Shown: positions 61,601-64,000 of the stretch, one piece after another
Layout of the letters: every line of letters starts with the position of its first letter
How positions within the stretch are numbered: the stretch's first letter is position 1
Origin: Phoronis australis
Taxonomy: Eukaryota; Animalia; Phoronida
DNA length: 64,000 nucleotides
Assembly (NCBI GenBank): GCA_002633005.1
Contig: NMRA01000031.1
Coordinates: forward strand, 210,888-274,887
Direction of reading: 5' to 3'
Notes under the pieces: model-generated
What the model was told of the DNA's origin: nothing
Databases searched by the model: none
Seen by the model: only the letters and a program-made list of their open reading frames with translations
Program-made: the position numbers and the translations under genes

Positions 61601-62336
61601 AATATCGTTGGATAAGTGACCAAGGCATAACTATTCCCTAATTCAACAGCAAAGTCTACATCCACACAAACTTCCAACTGATCTTTTACCTTCAGTTGGC
61701 CAATACCTTTCCTCAACTCCAGTGGGCTAATGTAAAAGACAGTTACGTCCAAGGGGGTCAGACTGGGCCATTCACCCCACCCTTCCACATCCCTCACTAC
61801 CCTTCCACATCCCCCCTACCCTTCCACATCCCACCCTACCCTTCCACATCCCACCCTACCCTTCCACATCCCACCCTACCCTTCCACATCCCACCCTACC
61901 CTTCCACATCCCACCCTACCCTTCCACATCCCACCCTACCCTTCCACATCCCACCCTACCCTTCAATATCCCACACTACCCACTCATTTACCTTGCTCAA
62001 TGCCTTTCCTCAACTCCAGCAGACTATGGAAAGACAGCGAGGCCACGTGGGGACGACCCCATCTCTCAGCTTCCTCCTCGACATCCTCCTCAAACTTTAT
62101 CCACCTCGCCTGTTCTTTCCACTCCATCCTATTGTCCACACTAAGCCTGAGCTCATCCAACTGAACGAAAGCCTGGTGCGCATTGTTGTTAGAGGGGAAA
62201 GGACGGGACAACATGGGACTGCTCTGGGGAGACCCTTGCACGGATTGTGGCAAATTATCTGATTGATTCACCTTCTTCCTAGACCCCCATTTACGCTTGT
62301 GGCGACGGAAGCCCCGCACCTCGTCAAGACGATGAC
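37646..62336 (-). CDS. SLC4 anion exchanger (band 3 / AE2-AE3-like Cl-/HCO3- exchanger); about 978 aa in window, N-terminal exon(s) not identified
   Basis: Phase-consistent exons: 62336-61992 ([45 protein letters not shown]), 60303-60168, 58644-58573, 57605-57455, 55642-55328 ([23 protein letters not shown]), 54399-54213 ([11 protein letters not shown]), 52644-52435 ([16 protein letters not shown]), 51356-51208 ([11 protein letters not shown]), 50494-50300 (TRFTEEIF), 49369-49133 (duplicate at 48452-48216), 45454-45365, 44572-44403 (LIFMETEIT; AE-type Glu), 43793-43540 ([13 protein letters not shown]), 42943-42774 ([13 protein letters not shown]), 40427-40254, 37729-37646 ([27 protein letters not shown]). 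Confidence 0.94.
37897..40108 (-). CDS. Candidate alternative C-terminal cassette exons of the SLC4 gene (40108-40057 and 37994-37838, stop at 37899-37897)
   Basis: ttgatag|GTG...AAC G|gtaaga (52 nt, phase 0 to 1) joins tatag|TA ATT... to give [50 protein letters not shown] strong AT|gtaagt donor at 37837 follows. Confidence 0.45.
40801..41764. mobile_element. Non-autonomous DNA transposon with 15-bp TIRs and subterminal repeats
   Basis: CGGGGTTTTCCCTAA versus the reverse complement of TTAGAGAAAACACCG (13/15); TACRAACTATTTTTCC and TACRAACTATTAGAGA motifs near both ends; TA on the left flank only. Confidence 0.55.
41975..42410. repeat. 84-bp minisatellite (two diverged ~42-bp subunits), about 4-5 copies
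   Basis: Unit CAGTACACTGTCACATACAACAAACCACAT...CACAAACTGTATA; explains the 28-aa periodic ORFs. Confidence 0.9.
45012..45415 (-). repeat. 58-bp tandem array of the SLC4 exon 3' end plus splice donor, 7 copies (first copy is coding)
   Basis: CTTAC(C/G) donor motif at 45360, 45302, 45244, 45186, 45128, 45070, 45012 (exact 58-bp period); unit = GTAAGCC + 17 codons ATG ACT TTA...ACA GAG. Confidence 0.95.
46066..47762 (-). mobile_element. HINE/DINE-1-like (Helentron-associated) non-autonomous element with internal ~125-170-bp tandem units; a second, truncated end at 46066
   Basis: On the minus strand it starts T-run + hairpin (47726-47756, TGCGACCACATA...TATGTGGGCGCA), then GTCC-like microsatellite remnants and repeated units marked by GCCACTA / GCCAAATTT..TGAAAATCC, ending CTCTTGTT (46453 and 46066). 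Same family at 48596-48700, 60600-61324 and about 6100-6430. Confidence 0.65.
47707..49500. repeat. ~0.9-kb direct duplication containing one SLC4 exon, joined at an N
   Basis: 47707-48582 versus 48648-49500 are near-identical, with scattered SNPs and small indels; N at 48595. Confidence 0.9.
48216..48452 (-). CDS. Second copy of the 237-nt SLC4 exon (IYVVHPL...QPNTALLS...FFGKT), identical in protein to 49133-49369
   Basis: Part of a ~0.9-kb direct repeat (offset 917 at the exon). Both copies keep AG/GT sites; one synonymous difference seen; a single N at 48595 sits at the junction. Confidence 0.5.
49528..49790. mobile_element. ~260-bp MITE, copy 1
   Basis: TIR CAGGACTTGGAAT / ATTCCAAGCCCTG (12/13); internal AAGAGGAAA repeats; homologous to 58288-58545. 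Confidence 0.65.
53987..54207. repeat. ~53-54-bp minisatellite, 4 copies, starting at the SLC4 donor 54212
   Basis: CAAACTATGTTTCAACAAGACC...CGGAGGTTGCTG repeated. Confidence 0.88.
58288..58545. mobile_element. ~260-bp MITE, copy 2
   Basis: Aligns along its length with 49528-49790 (GACAAAAAAGAGGAAAA.TTTCCAGGTGATGTAT...CCAAGCCCTG). Confidence 0.6.
59280..60105. mobile_element. Hairpin-bearing non-autonomous element
   Basis: 41-bp inverted arms 59323-59363 / 59376-59416 (1 mismatch), outer stem AATACTACAC/GTGTAGTATT, plus TTTTCTCACATGA (59442) inverted to TCATGTGAGAAAA (60089). Confidence 0.55.
60600..61324 (-). mobile_element. Another copy of the HINE/DINE-1-like family
   Basis: GGAGCGTTGAAATGCGCCCA end, GCCACTA-marked internal units and the terminal hairpin CCACATATAAATATGTGG + A-run are shared with 46066-47762. 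Confidence 0.6.
61781..61979. repeat. 20-bp minisatellite (CCTTCCACATCCCACCCTAC) x10; G-run rich on the SLC4 sense strand
   Basis: Directly visible; begins about 12 nt into the intron after donor 61991. Confidence 0.95.
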
Positions 62337-64000
62337 CTGGTACAGACAGTAGAGCGAGTGTAGATATTGCATGAAGACGATGCCAACTCAAATTGTCAGG
62401 CAATAGCTCCCCTGAAATCTGTTTCAATTTTGTGTTGACTTCCAAACTTTAAATTATTAACAGGTTTTCTAGACTTAATACCTTTGGTTCACACTTGTTT
62501 CTTTTGTGAAATCAGTGCTTTTGCCACCACAGCAGTCAGGACACATCAAACACATGCTTAACAGGAAGTAAACAGATAGAAGTCGGAACTGTTGGCAAAA
62601 ATTGGGAAAGATTGAAAATAGGCAGTACCTATGTATGCAATCGTTGATTGGCGGGAGGAATTGAGCTAGAGAATGAAAAAGAATGTACATTTGCTTGGAG
62701 AAAAATGAAGAGGCCATGCGTAGATTGTGAGAATGGAGTATGGTACGACCTTTTTATTGGTCGACGACTTTTATGCCAGAGACGGCAATATCAGATTACA
62801 CTTGGCGGCCTGGAATATTGCGGTTTGGCGACTTCTAGATTTCGTGATTTTTGCCAAGTCATCATGCGACTTAGCGTTAAGTTAAGCGTGAAAGGCTGTA
62901 TCTGTTATTATGGGTGACGCATTCAATTCAACACACTGAGAAAAAATAAAACACATCTGCAGAGTTTGAAATATCAACTAGCACTCATCTCATTTTACCC
63001 ATAATGAGTGCAATGGTACACATCTGGTCACACGTGTAAATTACTGCTGCAATGTTACAGAAGTAATACATTCTGTAGCGCACAAACGTGTGAACAAATA
63101 TACACTGGATCCCACATAATATTAAGAATGTAGAATGTGAAGAGTTAAAGAGATGGTCACTCATTGCAACTTGTTCATGTGTTGATCAAATTCAACAAGG
63201 TATTAAGGTAAGGTAAGATCTTATCAACAAGCCAGAATGCACAGACAGTATCCAACTCTGACATTGATTGGGTAACAGGACTGTTTTAATAAAAAGTGGA
63301 AAAGAGACAGTCACAGAAAAACAATGGCATCATTAACACCACCAAGTTTTGTTCAGTAAAATGTTAAAGGTGAACCCTCAAAAGAACTTGTTTAAATCAC
63401 TTAAGGTATGATTTTGTTTTTGTTTTACGCAACTTTGCGTTATTTCTTAAAAATAATATCAGTTCCATTTTTGATATCACCTTGTGCATAAGTAGGTCAT
63501 ATTTGAAACAATTCCTACCAGTGTATTGGATAACAGTGCATAAAGTACAGTACAAGGAAGTTAAAACAAAAACAATGTCAACAACTATCTACCACAAATC
63601 TAGCCTGAAATCTCCAACATTCCTATAGAGTGACCTCTCAGCTTGGGAGGACCTGGATGTGAATAGACTCTATTAAGAGATTGACATAGTCAAAATGTAG
63701 AACTTTGACCCCAGGAAAAAATACCTTTTGACCAGTATCTGAAAATTTCATATGAATCCGATTAGCCATTTGCGAGCTATGTTGTTTCGAAGTGAGCAAG
63801 AATTGGACGTTCTTCTTTAAAGAATATCGCTAAATTTTCTTTGAATAAAAACTCAAATGCAACCTTCTGTGCTCACTTCCTGTGTCACTGCTCTCAAACT
63901 GTGAGAATAGCAACATGGTAAAAATGATGTGTAGAGTTGTTCAAGTCACCAAAGCTTACTCACTGGCAATGCTCTCAATGTCCACAGCCTTTAATGTGTC

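Noticed and set aside
61696-62262. 188-aa Pro/His-rich + strand ORF
   Set aside because: Translation of the 20-bp minisatellite plus antisense of an SLC4 exon.
62475-62717. Upstream SLC4 coding exon (...ETSVNQR|gtatta)
   Set aside because: The open frame ends in phase 2 but the next exon needs phase 1, and the phase-1 frame contains TGA.

Overview
Intron-rich, AT-rich eukaryotic (animal, probably marine invertebrate; inferred) genomic DNA. The short ORF track is mostly exon fragments or noise. Reading splice sites by hand gives four phase-consistent multi-exon genes. (1) The 5' half of cytosolic glycerol-3-phosphate dehydrogenase GPD1 (- strand, 5 exons; the rest lies left of the window). 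(2) Head-to-head with it, a complete 15-coding-exon TAX1BP1/CALCOCO-family autophagy receptor (+, 913 aa: SKICH, coiled coil, two UBZ fingers). (3) A small secreted NIDO + chitin-binding (CBM14-like) protein (+, about 368 aa, with a GC-AG intron). (4) A convergent SLC4 AE2/AE3-like anion exchanger (-, 16 exons in window, 5' end not identified). Introns hold tRNA-derived SINEs, HINE/DINE-1-like and MITE-like elements and many minisatellites. Most notable: a 58-bp tandem array made of an SLC4 exon 3' end plus its splice donor (7 copies), whose exon-proximal copies differ almost only at synonymous sites; similar exon-end duplications at two other donors; a candidate alternative SLC4 C-terminus ending in PPPY; unusual substrate-site substitutions in the SLC4; an FFAT-like motif in the autophagy receptor; an intronic phased CCAAT/E-box array; and a duplicated SLC4 exon next to an assembly N (probably an artefact). 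All exon coordinates were counted by hand.
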